Origin: Raillietiella orientalis
Taxonomy: Eukaryota
Assembly (NCBI GenBank): GCA_036172245.1
Contig: JAYWIR010000040.1
Coordinates: 248,001 to 312,000, forward strand
Length of the DNA: 64,000 nucleotides
Direction of reading: 5' to 3'
Part shown: positions 37,554-49,158 of the stretch, piece after piece
Layout: every line of letters begins with the position of its first letter
How positions within the stretch are numbered: position 1 is the first letter of the stretch
The notes under the pieces: generated by a model
Databases searched by the model: none
Told to the model about the DNA's origin: nothing
What the model saw: only the letters and a program-made list of their open reading frames with translations
Translations under genes and position numbers: made by a program

Positions 37554-39212
37554 ATGCCTAATACCACCAACGGTGAGGATCCGGGGGCGATGACCTCATT
37601 GCCCCCGGAGCAGATGGAGGTGGGAGCTCCCGCATCAGTGGAGGCTCCCGCCAGCACGGATGCGCCCCCGGCCCTACCCAGGGCTTGGAACGCCGTGGCT
37701 GCGGCACCTACGCCAGCGGCTATGGCGGAAATGCGCGCTTACCTGGAGGAGGGGTATAACCCACCCCTTCTATATAAGGTAGGCGGTCTATATTCTCCCG
37801 AGAACGCGCGCGCCTTCTCACAGGCGATGCGCGTTCTCGGCGTACAGAAAGAGGAGCTTCTGGCTATGTCCGTCAGAAGCGGGGGTCAATTTGTGGAAGT
37901 TATCTGCAAGGAGGCAACTCTTGCGCAGAGACTTCTGCGAACCCCCGTAAGTATGGGCAGCCGGAGGCTTCTCCCAATAACAGAAGACCGGTCGGTGATC
38001 ATTCACCTGACCGGTATCACGTTCCGGATGACGAAGGAGGCCGTCCGGAACAAATTGGAAAAATTCGCAACTGTCCACGCGCTGTGGGGCAAGCCTACTC
38101 CTTTTGTCGATTACGACGGGTTGCTTGGCGGTTTGGGTGCAGCGCGAGTGACGGTTCGCGAGGGATGTGAGATTCCCCACAAACTCACCGTCAACGGTGA
38201 ATCCGTTGACGTGTGGTACGTGGGGAAACCCAAGTTTTGCGGCTGCTGCCGCAGCTTTGGTCACCTTAAAATGAGGTGTCCGAGCGTGCAGTGCCAGCAA
38301 TGCAAACAAGCGGGGCACACCCGTCTGGTGTGCCCCCAAAACACAGTCCGCGTCGTGTCCGCGAAAAACGCGAGAAAGCGCGCGGCAAAAAAGAGAAAGA
38401 AGCTGGCAGCTCGTGCTGCTGCTAAGGAGGTCACCTCCGCCACCAAGGCGAAGGCCAGCCCCGAGACTTCGGCGAAAGACGCCGAAAAGGTCGAGGGCGA
38501 GGGTCAAGAGCCAGGGTGGCAGAAGGTCGACCCCAAGAAAAACTCCCATAAGAAGGGAAAGAACGTGGCGAAACGGAGCGAAACCGCTCTGCGCCGCGAT
38601 AAAATTAAAAGCTGCTGCGTCGTTGTAGAGCGGATTCCCGCCATCGACGAATGCGGCGCTAAAGAACTCGCTGCTGCCCCTGCTCAACCCTCCGTTGACA
38701 AAGTCAACAAGGAGAAGAGCGAGTCGGCGGCGTCCGTCATCGAGCCCACGCTCGATGACGTCGCCTTCGAGCGCGCCGCGGAGGAGCTGGCTGCCTCGTT
38801 CCAGCCGGTTGCCCCCAAGGCTGGCAAGAAGGCCGTCAGGCGTCCGGCTTCCCCTCAGGAGTCGGCCACTTCCGACCCCGAGGTGAAGGCCGGAAACACA
38901 GCATCCATCTTTGCGGCACCCCGCAAAAAGGCAGGACGAAAGTCCACAATGCCCCGGAAGATCGTCTCCCCCGACGAAGGGGAAGAGATGGCTTCCGGTA
39001 GCGAGGGTGCCATGAGCGTGGGAAACTCCCGGGACCCGTCGCCCGAGAGAATTCCACGCTCGGACACGGAGGGGATGGTGAGGATGGAGGCCGAACAGGT
39101 ACCCCAGGCGCCTGAAGAGGCCTCCGTCCTCGTTCCGATGGTCCTCGTACCGATGGACCTTTCGCACACCTGCCCCGCGGCAGGTGCCGCGACGCCACTT
39201 TCCCAGCCATAA
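37554..39212 (+). CDS. Family F ORF1 protein (552 aa, nucleic-acid binding, 2x CCHC zinc knuckle)
   Basis: Uninterrupted ORF; CGCCRSFGHLKMRC and CQQCKQAGHTRLVC; stop overlaps the ORF2 ATG. Confidence 0.88.
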   Translation: MPNTTNGEDPGAMTSLPPEQMEVGAPASVEAPASTDAPPALPRAWNAVAAAPTPAAMAEMRAYLEEGYNPPLLYKVGGLYSPENARAFSQAMRVLGVQKEELLAMSVRSGGQFVEVICKEATLAQRLLRTPVSMGSRRLLPITEDRSVIIHLTGITFRMTKEAVRNKLEKFATVHALWGKPTPFVDYDGLLGGLGAARVTVREGCEIPHKLTVNGESVDVWYVGKPKFCGCCRSFGHLKMRCPSVQCQQCKQAGHTRLVCPQNTVRVVSAKNARKRAAKKRKKLAARAAAKEVTSATKAKASPETSAKDAEKVEGEGQEPGWQKVDPKKNSHKKGKNVAKRSETALRRDKIKSCCVVVERIPAIDECGAKELAAAPAQPSVDKVNKEKSESAASVIEPTLDDVAFERAAEELAASFQPVAPKAGKKAVRRPASPQESATSDPEVKAGNTASIFAAPRKKAGRKSTMPRKIVSPDEGEEMASGSEGAMSVGNSRDPSPERIPRSDTEGMVRMEAEQVPQAPEEASVLVPMVLVPMDLSHTCPAAGAATPLSQP

Positions 39213-42200
39213 TGCCGGGAATCGCCTCTCGCCGTCGTCTTCTGATCGCCTGTTGGAACGTGAACGGGCTAAGCGACGACGGCAAGAGGCGTGACGTGGC
39301 CGCCACCCTGGCATCCTTCGACCTGGTGCTGCTGCAGGAGATCCACGTGATCTCCGCAGATCAAGCCCGGGAGATCGAACGGATCTCGCGTGGGCGGCTG
39401 TTGTGGCGTTGCGGCACCGCGAAATCAAGCGGTGTCGTCTTCCTGCTTCGGCCAGCCATCGAGACCGCAATAAAGGACGTTCGGTTCGATGACGCAGGTC
39501 GCGTCGGTCAGCTGACTCTCAGCTGGTCCGACTCTATCGACCTGGTCGTCACCAACCTATACGCTCCTAGCGGAAATAACGCGTTGAAGGCGAAGGCAAG
39601 AAGGGAATTCTACCTTGCCCTGAGACGCGATTGGCTGACCGATGCAGGAGTTCGCAAAGCGCACCTGATCGCAGGTGATTTCAACCTGCGCCTGCTTTCA
39701 GGTGCGCCGGATACGCTGAACGACCGCGTCAACGAGTTGTGCGCAGAAATGAACACGCGCAACTTGTTGGCAGGGGACACGGCCATGGAAAGCAGCATCG
39801 ATCACGTGTACCTTGATCAGCACCTATGCTCTCGGGTGGGCAGGCGCGGCAAGGTACCACCCGAGCTGTCGGACCATGGTCGGATCATGTTCGAAGTGCG
39901 TCCGCGCGACAAGGGCCCCCCCTCGTCAGCGTGGCGTCTGCCAGGGGACTGGCTGAAGTTTCCCGACGCGGCGGAGCACCTCCGCGCGTTTATTCGGAGC
40001 TTCAGGATGCAGACACTTCAGGACTGGGACCGCTTCAAGCGGTCGGTCCAGGAGTTCTGCGATCAGTTCCCCCTGCATCGCCTACCTGCGGGTTTTGGGG
40101 AGGGGCCGCGTAACGACAGGTGCTATCTTCAGGCCCGACGTTACGCGAGAACCCCCGACATGCGCAGGTTAGCAGAGTACCGAGCGGGAGCCGAGAGGCA
40201 AGCCTGGCAATCCGGATCGGCCAGCTTGCTGGACGACCAGGGCCGGGAGCACTCGGTTCCCGCTCAGAAACGCGGGATAGTAAGAAAATTTTACTCCTCC
40301 CTGTACGCCAGGGCGCCTCCGGAGCGAGACGTCTCACGAATTCTGCTTCCGGAAGGTGCTCCAGCGATCGGGGAGGAGGAGAAAAGAAGCCTCGACGAGC
40401 CTTTCACGATGGACGAGATCCTCTCGGCCATCGGAAAGCTCAAGAGGCGGAAGGCTCCAGGGGAGGACGGCCTGCCCGCGGAGTTTTACCAAACTTTCGC
40501 GGCTGAGCTTACTCCCCTGGTACATCAGCTCACCTTGCTGATCCGTGAAACAGGTGACGTACCCACCTCGTTTCGTTCAGCAAAGGTGCGGCTCCTCCCG
40601 AAGGGAGGAGACCTAAGGAGCATGAACAACTGGCGTCCCATCACAATAGTGAATGCGGACGCCAAGTTGATAGCCAAGATGTGGGCAAAGCGCCTGGGAC
40701 GGGTCGCCAACATCTTCATCAGCGCGGAACAGACTTATGCTGTTCCCGGGAAGGAGCATGGAGGCGAACCTGTTCCACGCTTCCACATGGTTAGAGCTCC
40801 AACAAGGAAGGGGCTTATTGAGCAGCCGGAATTCCGGTGCGTCCGTTGGCGGGAGACGGAACGGTTGGGTGGGGAAGGGAGCCCTTGCGGTCGCTGTCGA
40901 CTTGCGTAAAGCATTCGACAGCGTCGACCAGAATCTCCTGCTGGAGCTTCTGGAACGCGTGGGCTTCCCGGCCTCTTTGTTGGCCTACCTGCGCTCCAGC
41001 TGGCGCGACGCGCTCATTAATGTTCTTTTCAGCGGGCAAACCGTGCACGGAGTACCGGTGCGACGCGGCATACGGCAGGGAGACAGCCTGAGCCCCCTGC
41101 TCTTTAGCGCGTTTTTCGAATTGGTGCTGAGAGCGTACAGGGAGACTCTTGCGCACCTGCCGTGCGATTGCCCCGGTACGCCTGCGGTTTCGGCGTACGC
41201 GGACGATCTTCTGCTGCTGCTGCCTATGTCCACCCCGGCCTCGGCGGTCGAGGACTTCTTCGACCTGCTGAGTCGTGGAACAGGACTGACGGTGAACAGG
41301 GCGAAGTCGTCCGTAATGCCAGTCGGAGCGGCGTGGGCAGGGCAGCAGGACTGGGTCCGTTTGGGGATCCCCACGGTGAGGTACTTCAAGTACCTTGGTG
41401 TGCCGTTGGGGGACTACTCCCCTGCGGAAGCGTGGTCCGGCTGCCTTCAGAAGGCTCAGGCGGCGATCGGCCCGTTCCAGGACGGCAGGTTCTACCTACA
41501 GGAACGGGCCGCGGCGTGGAACGCGTTTGCGGCCCCCCTCCTTCGCTCCTTGCTTTTTGTTTGCCCCCCCTCAGCGGAGTCAAAGAAGAGGACGAAGGAC
41601 CTCCTGAGGATCGCCCTTTGGGGCAGAGGGAGGCCCCGAGTCCGTCTTTCGGACTTGTGCGCTGCTCGTCGGGATGGTGGTCTGGGCCTCCTGACGTTGG
41701 AGCGGCTGGAGCTACAGCTCCAGTTCCGAGTTGTTGCCTTTATGGCAGGAAATTGGTGCACCCCTTGGTGCTTCCCTGCACGTCTCCTCGTCGAGCGGGC
41801 CACCGGCAATGCGGGACTCTCGTCCTACTTTGCACTCCGAAGCCCCATCTGCCACTGCGGACTTCAACTTCGGAGGGCGGCCAAGCTCGTGAAGAACAAC
41901 TCGGCGCGGATCCTCGTACGCCCCGCGAACGGTCCTGCCTGGTTGCAGGAAACCGTCCGCACGTGGGCGATGATTCAGGAGCAGAGCCCGCAACACGAGC
42001 GAATAGCTCTGTTCGGGCCGCATGCCCGCCACACGCTCCGAGAAATCATCGAGAATCCCCGAAGGAGAGCGTGGGCACAAAGAACCTCCCTTGCTGCGGT
42101 ACTGCCTACCCTACGGGAACATCTGGGCAGCGACGTCGCGGCACAATGGGAGGTAACTGTGAAGATCGCCAGCAGGGCAAAGAAGATCGGGGATTGGAGA

Positions 42201-42794
42201 ACGGGTCAGCTCACCAACGCTGCGACCCCGAGGACCACCCCAAATGGACTTTTGCGCTGAAGAGAGCTACTGGATGTTCCAGAGGAACATCTCGAGTGGC
42301 CTCCGGTGCTCATGGACTCGCGCACCCTCCCCATGAAGTGGCAACAGTCGGCACTGATGGTGTTGCATTGGGGGCTTCCTTGCAACGCCCGCCGACACCA
42401 CTGGACGCGGGGGGGTGTCAACCCTAATTGTGTCAGGTGCGGGGAGAAGGAATACCTCCCCCACCTGTTAGTGGATTGTGTTGCCCTCCATCCCTTGTGG
42501 GAACGCTTTGCCGCAGCCCTGGGGATCCCCGGAGGCAACCCCAGAGACGCTTTGCGCCCCCTCTTCGTCCGTGACGCCCTGCCTCCAGCGGCCTCGCTTG
42601 CAGCCCTGTGCTGCCTACGCGGGATCATCGTGGCATGGAGCAAAGCGACGGGAGGATCCAGCGACAGGGATGCCAACGTGTATGCTGCCCGTTTCCTCAG
42701 GATGGCGACGCGATGGCCCCATCTGGAACCACACAAGCAGAAACAGCTTGCCGGCATCCTCCAGAGGATGACGGACCCTCCCAGCAGACTGTGA
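39212..42794 (+). pseudogene. Family F ORF2 (APE-RT-CCHC, ~1190 aa), one frameshift near 40750 and one stop at 42258-42260
   Basis: ORF pieces 39212-40909, 40737-42260 and 42306-42794 carry all motifs in order. Confidence 0.9.
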
Positions 42795-43006
42795 TCCCTT
42801 CCCGCTCCCTCCCTGATTTTTGTTTATTTTTTGTTTTCTTTTTGTTTCGTTCCCCCTCCCCTCTGCTGCCGAGGTCGACCGCGCAGGTCTGCGCACCGGT
42901 AGCCCGGCAGGCTATATCTTTCCAGGGCGTGGCTGGACTACTGGCCCAGTCACAGATTGTATAAGTTTATTCGTTAGAATAAACGTCCCGGCGCACCCGG
43001 GTTTCA

Positions 43007-45611
43007 ATGGAGATTCCGGAGCATGACGCCTCCCAGTACTTGGCTGAGATGTTCCGCCGCACCTGAGATGCGCGTTTAGTCCCCGGGGAGACGCCATGCC
43101 CTGGATGGTGGTCCTTTGTCGCAAGGCATAACCTCGAATATCAACCGGAAGTGGTCCGATAGCGTCGACGGAAGTTTCCCTCGTCTGCCGACCAGTGGGC
43201 ACAGGTCGGCGTCAAGGAAGACGTGGTCTACTCTTTGGACCATTCCCAGTAGGTCCCCCAACAAGTTGCGCGTGCGCATAGCAGCGCACAGCTCATTGGC
43301 TGCGTCTTTTTGCCCGCAAGGCACACCTGAGAGCAGGCGGATGTTGAAATCCCCACCGATCAGATGCACTTTGCATACGTTTGTATCCGCCAGCCAGTCG
43401 CGTTTAAGGTTTGCGAGGAACCGGGAACGTTCCCCGTACCCGCATCCTCCGCTCGGAGCGTACACATTGGTCACGACAAGGTCGATCGAGTCGGGCCACC
43501 TAAGGATGAGCTGGCCAACCCGACTGTGGTTGTCGATGCGTACGTCCTTGACGAAGGCGGCGACTGCTGGCTTCATAAAAAAGGCGACGCCACAGGTGTT
43601 GCGAGCGCCGCATTGCCAAAACAGACGACCCCCTGCGATCCTCTAGATCTCCTGGGCGTTCTCCGCGGTGATCACGTGGATCTCCTGCAGGAGCGCCAGG
43701 TCGAAGTCGCGCAGGGTGTCGGCCGTATCCCGCCTGTTGCCGTCGTCGCGCAGCCCGTTGACGTTCCAGCAGGCTACGCGGATCCTACGGCGACAGGCGA
43801 GCCCAGGTGTTAATCCTGGGTAAGTGGCAATGGGACTCCCGCCACATTGTCGGACTGGACGCTAGGAGAAGGGGGTGCGTCGCGCACCGCTTCTCCCTCC
43901 TCCACGGGGGCCGAGTCTTCGTCAGGGCGTGCAGAGGAAGGGGGGTTTCACCCACCTGTACTTCCTCCTCCATGGGAGTCGCCAGCTGCAAGGTGTCGGG
44001 GAATGAGATATTCCCACCCTCGCCTCCCACGCTGCCAACTTCCCCCTCGGGGGCCGATTCATCCTCCTCCTTATTGATCCGGATGCGTTTCCTGGGATTC
44101 TGCGACTTGCTTCCCGTCTTCTTTGGTGGCGCCTCCGTTGAGGAGGAAGCACTTCCGGCATCCGGTTCGGCCTCACCTGCATCCGGAGCCTTCCTCGCGG
44201 GCGGCCTTCGTAAGCCTTTCCGGGAGTTCTTTTCACGGCCTTGCAGTTCAGCCGTGAGTTCTTCCACCGCCTGCTGGAAGGCGGCCTCCTCGATCGCGTC
44301 GAGCGCAGCGCGCGGTTCCCCCTGTTTCCCCAGAGGGTTCGCCATCGACCGTCGCGGCTTCGGCGGACGCGAGGGGTGGATTGCTCCCCCGGCGGCGGCA
44401 CCGGGTGCCTCCACACGTTCTAATTTTACCGAACACGCGCGGAGCTTTTCGCGGCACGGTTTTTCGCTCTGCGTTTTTGTTTTCACCGAGTTTCGTTCGG
44501 GACTCCCGGGTTTTCTTCGTGGCTGTACCGTCTGCCAGCCTTCGCCGTCACCAGCATCGTCGGGAGTGTTCTCAACCGACGTTTGCTGTGAGGGCTTAGG
44601 GACTGGCATCTGGGTGTTTACAGCCTGTTTCTGTTTATGCGTCTCTCCCGTGCGTTTCCCCTTTGCCTTTTTTGCAGCGGATGGGGGCGGGATTTCTCTT
44701 CTTGGGCACACCTTACGGATGTGGCCCTTATTTCCACATAAGTGGCATTGGATGTTAGGGCACCGCTTTTTTAGATGTAGCATCGCAATGGCCACAATAC
44801 TTGGGCTTACCCACGTACCAAACATCGACTTTTTCTTCGCCGATATTCAGTTTGTGGGGAAGCCAACCATTCTCTGGTAGGGTGACGCGGGCTGCGGCCA
44901 TCCCACTGAATAGCCTTCCGTAAGTTCGGAAGACATTGGATTTGGCCCAATACGCGTGCACACTACTATGCTTCGACAACTCCTCATGGACGCTGGTTTT
45001 GTCCATTCGGAGTGATACACCTGTGAGGTGGACCACGACGGAGCGGTCCTCCGTCACAGGGAAGATCCTGCGGCCGTCCACCGTAATAGGGGTGTTCAGC
45101 AGTCGCTGCACCAGACTTGCCTCTTTGCATGTCAGCTCAACTCGCTGGCCCCCACTAAGGACGGATAGGCCTAAAAGGTCTTCCTCCCTCACGTTAAACC
45201 TTTGCAGCTCCATTTCGAAGGAGCGTGCAATTTTTTCATCAAACACACTGCCTACCTTATAGATCAGAGACATCTTGTAGCCGCTGTCCTTGTAGGCAGT
45301 CTGCTCCGCTACTGCATCCGGAGATGGTGCAGCAACGACGTCACTCCAACTCCTCGCCAATGGCGAAGAGGGTCGCGAAGGGGCGGTTGCCCCCGATTCC
45401 GATGGGGCAGGTGCCCCGGATTCCGTGAGGGCGGATGCCCCCACTTTCATTGGTGGAGGAGAGCATGTCGCTTCTCCTCCTCCAACTTCCATCGCGGTGT
45501 CCTCAGGCATTTCTGCCATGGGACACCGGTGCTCCCACACACCAGACAACCAACGAAAAGCTTCCCACTAACCAGTCCGTGGAGCGATGCCAAACCACGT
45601 CCGCTCCCTAG
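43007..45611 (-). mobile_element. Family G (C-related), 5' part: 5' UTR, frameshifted ORF1, endonuclease
   Basis: ggacgtggttt at ~45602-45592; MAEMPEDTAMEV; CHLCGNKGHIRKVC; CWNVNG, GDFN, SDH. Confidence 0.9.
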
Positions 45612-46233
45612 AACGACACCGGGAAGAGTAAATCCTGCGTGTGCCAGGTGTGGGGAGCGGGAGTCGCTCCCCCACCACTTATTTGATTGCCCTGCCGTCC
45701 GGATTTTTTGGGGTGTCTTAGAACGGCCCTTGGGATACCGGATAGTAGCAATCCCAGAGGCGTGTACAGTCTTCTCTTCGTGCGGGACGCCCTCAGTCCA
45801 GCCACAGCCCTGGCAGCACTTTGCTGCATTCGTGGTATCGTGGAGGCCTGGAGTGATTCCGAAGATGAAGATTGCATCGTGAGAGACGTCATCGAGTATA
45901 ATGTTCGCTTCCTGCAGAGAGCTGCCCGATGGCCCTATCTGGGAAGAATGAAAATGGAACTCCAAGGCATCTTGCAAAGAATGGGCCCTCCCAGCAGTTG
46001 TCTGTGATCCCTTCCCGGCCCTCCAAACTCCTTTTGTATTTTTTTTTTCTTGTTTTATTTTATTTTTGTTTTCTCCCCCATCCCCTTCCACTGCCGAGGA
46101 GAGACACAGGGGGCTGCGTCTCGGTGTCCCGGCAGCTCCGGTTTTGCGTGGCCGTCAGTGGGGTCTTGTACCACGTTCTTGAATGACGGAAGAAATGTTT
46201 TTTAATAAACGTCCCGGCGTACCCGGGTGGCAT
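45612..46233 (+). mobile_element. 3' terminal fragment, H-like 3' UTR
   Basis: CARC..HHLFDC, U-rich UTR, AATAAA+hairpin 46204-46229. Confidence 0.88.
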
Positions 46234-46828
46234 CGACGAAACCTATAGGAAGTTGATGGAGGGGAAACTGGTCGCAGAACTCTCGGACTGAGCGTTTTTT
46301 TTGGTCCCAGTCAGCGAGAGTCTGCAGTTCGCAACAACGCAGGAATGCACCCAGATGTTCGCGCGCTCCTGCGAGTCGCAACCAGTCTCCCGGCAGGCGC
46401 AATGCTTCGTAAGGTGGACCTCTGTCGCGCGGATGGATGGTGAACACTAGCCGAGGGTGATCGGACAGCTCCGACGCGAGGGCGCCTCGAGTCCCCACCC
46501 GCGTGCACAGGTGGTTATCGAGGAACACGTGGTCGATTCTGCGTCTCACGTCGGCTTCATCGGCCAAGTTGCGTGCGTGCATCGTCGCACACAACTCGTT
46601 GACCAGTTGTGCTCTTATGTCGGGCGCTTCCGACAGCAGGCGGACGTTGAAGTCTCCCGGTATCAGATGCGCACGCCGTACGCCTGCTTCGGCCAACCAG
46701 TCTCTTTGCAGGGCTTCGAAGGCAGTGCGTTCTCCGCGCCTGTGGCTGATGCAGGGCGAGTATACGTTCGTCAGCACGACGTCGATCGATTCGGACCACT
46801 TTAGGACAAGTTGCCCAACTCGTCAAAC
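46234..46828 (-). mobile_element. Endonuclease/linker fragment (FD..VGQLVL to LPIGFV)
   Basis: NVYSP, GDFN, IDHVFLD, SDH. Confidence 0.88.
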
Positions 46829-47243
46829 TGCAGCCAGTCGCTGTAATAGCAGCTCTCTGCTGCGTACTCGGTATTGTGGCAGCTTGGAATGGATCCGACG
46901 AACAGAAGGAATGCCATAAAGTATGCAGCTCGATTTCTGCGAATAGCATCCCGATGGCCCCACCTGGGAAATCTGCACAAGGACCTCGTCGGCATCCTGC
47001 AAAGGATGGAAGCTCCACAAAACGGAGCGTGATCCCTTCCCGGCCCTCCCAATGACCAGTGTTTCTACATTTTATTTTTTTTATTTTTGTTTTTTTCCCT
47101 CACCCCATCCGTTGACGTGGAGTGTTATGTCGGTCTGTGCACTGACCACCAGACAGCTCCAAAGAACTATTGGCCGCAGCGGGGCCTTGTACCGCAAATA
47201 CTGTTAGTTTTTAAATAAACGCCCCGGCTTGACCGGGTGAAAA
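46829..47243 (+). mobile_element. Short, heavily 5'-truncated insertion (ORF2 end + 3' terminus)
   Basis: LCCVLGIVAAW..WPHLG; AATAAA+hairpin 47214-47239. Confidence 0.85.
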
Positions 47244-47369
47244 CATCGAACTGTACACTGCGCACTGCCTTTGCGACGGCTGGCTCCAGCAGGAAGGCCA
47301 CTCCGCGGGAGTGGTCTCCACCGGATCGCCAAAGTAGCCTTCCCCTGTGAGCCTCTCCATCTCCTGCGC
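47244..47369 (-). mobile_element. Endonuclease fragment (AQE..ERL to VRSVQFD)
   Basis: GRLLWRSGG..GVAFLL..VRSVQFD; upstream continuation of 46234-46828. Confidence 0.8.
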
Positions 47370-49158
47370 TGGGAGGGGCAGTCCGACTGGATCCGCCTGG
47401 GGATCCCCACGGGCAGGTACCTAAGGTACCTTGGCGTGCTGTTGGGCGACTTCTGCATCTCAGAAGCGTGGTCGGACTGCCTTCGGAAGGCAGAGCGTGC
47501 ACTTGGTTCGTTCTCAGGAGGCGAGTTCGTCTTGCCGGAACGGGCCAGCATCTGGAACACCTTCGTTGCCCCCCTCCTCCGCCCCCTGTTTTTTGTTTGT
47601 CCATCCCCCCAGGAAGTCAAAGTCTGGGCGCAGCGCCTTCTACGCAAAACGTTGTGGGACGCTGCAAGATCCCGCGTAAGACTTAAATACTTGGTGGCGC
47701 CGCGTCAGGATGCAGGCTTGGGCATCCTGGACTTAAAAAGCATCGAGCTGCAGCTGCAGTTTCGAATGCTGCGGCTCTGTGCCAAGCTGTGGTGTACGCC
47801 ATGGTGCTTACCAGCACGACTTATACTAAGGTGCTGCACGGGAAGCGAGGGACTGTTTTCGTTGCTACCCCACTTCCGGCACACCAGAATAGGGTTTGGC
47901 TTCCCGCTGAGGCAGCTGTCCTCACTGCTGGAAGCCCAATGTTGGATCTCCTGCCACCCCATGAACATTAATGCATAACGGCAGGAATCTTTTTCATCGT
48001 GGGCAGCTTCCGCAGGAACGCGCCCGGAAGATCTTCGACGCCTGCTATTTCTCCTCAGTCATCAAATGGACGAAGTCATGCATGACAAGAAGTTGTCGGA
48101 TCGTCTGGCCGCCACACCACTCGCCGCAGCGCTGTCTGCCCTCAGGGCAAGCAACGACGGTTGCCTACCGGCGGAATGGGAGTTCTCCTGCAAAATAGCG
48201 GGAGTCAGTAAGCTCCTCGGCAGCTGGACGACAAAGGAGCTGGTGCAAGCCGCCACACCTCGGAATCGGACGAAGGGCCTGCTTCGGTGGAGCGAACATT
48301 TAAGTGTACTCCCCGAAGAGATAGTGATCCCCCCGTTTGTTTGGACAGCTCCGTGTTCCCCCTAAAGTGGAAACAAAAATGTGCTGCTCTTTTTACATTG
48401 TGCATTACACTGTAATAGGCAGCGAAGCATCGTTTCCGGGGGAGCTGCTCCGCCAAACTGTTTGAGGTGCGGGGAGATCGAGTCTTTTCCGCACCTCTTG
48501 ATGGACTGCGGTGACCTCCGTGAACTGTGGCGTAGGCTGATTCCAGCCATCCTGCCGCAGGGAGGCACTGCCATTGATGTGCTGCGGCGCTTCTTCAGGA
48601 GGAATGGATTTTCGGTAGGCGCGATTGTCGCAACCATGTGTTGCATTCTCGCCATCGTGAAGGCCCGCTACGCACTGGAGTTGTCAGCGCAGCGAAGGGA
48701 GGCTCACCGGTTTGCAGCAGAATCCATGAAAAACGCTGCTAGGTGGTCTCATCTTCGTGACAAGGTCAAAGAGGACATCGCCGGCATCCACCGCCGGTTT
48801 ACCGACTTTTGGGAACGGCTTAATCCGGTGACCACTACGTCCTGAAGCCCACCCATACCCCTACCCGCTCGCTCTGCTAAAATACCGGTGCCATTACTAT
48901 TATTCCGGAGAGAACAAGAGCGATCCAAAAGCCCCTTGTCCCCGCGTCCCCCGTTGATTTCTTTTTCTTTTGTTTTTGTTTGTTTGTTTTCCCAGTTCCC
49001 ACAAACCGTTCTGTGTAATTCTGACCTGCGTGCTAGCAGTATTCTCCTGATACTTGTGCCGTCGTCGGCTGGGGGCATAGTACCCAACTGGTTTATTTTA
49101 TATATTTATTTCTGTTGTATTTATATGAAATAAACGCCCCGGCGTGATCGGGTGAGAA
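47370..49158 (+). mobile_element. Family A, 5'-truncated copy with 3' terminus
   Basis: Close paralog of 3535-5324; AATAAA+hairpin 49129-49154. Confidence 0.92.

Larger units (their letters stand above)
37473..43006 (+). mobile_element. Family F full-length (~5.5 kb) L1/Tx1-like retrotransposon with target-site duplication
   Basis: 5' motif ggacctgtctttt ~37477, ORF1, TAATG, ORF2, AATAAA+hairpin 42978-43002; flanked by atggagattccggagc at 37454-37469 and 43007-43022. Confidence 0.95.

Noticed and set aside
37818..39470. Long antisense ORFs (e.g. 37818-39470, 26400-27377, 43807-44880, 58299-59399) as genes
   Set aside because: They are shadow frames of GC-rich ORF1/ORF2 sequence with no recognisable motifs.
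39212..42794. Bacterial RT system (group II intron, retron, DGR)
   Set aside because: N-terminal APE endonuclease, CCHC ORF1, AATAAA ends and TSDs indicate eukaryotic non-LTR elements.
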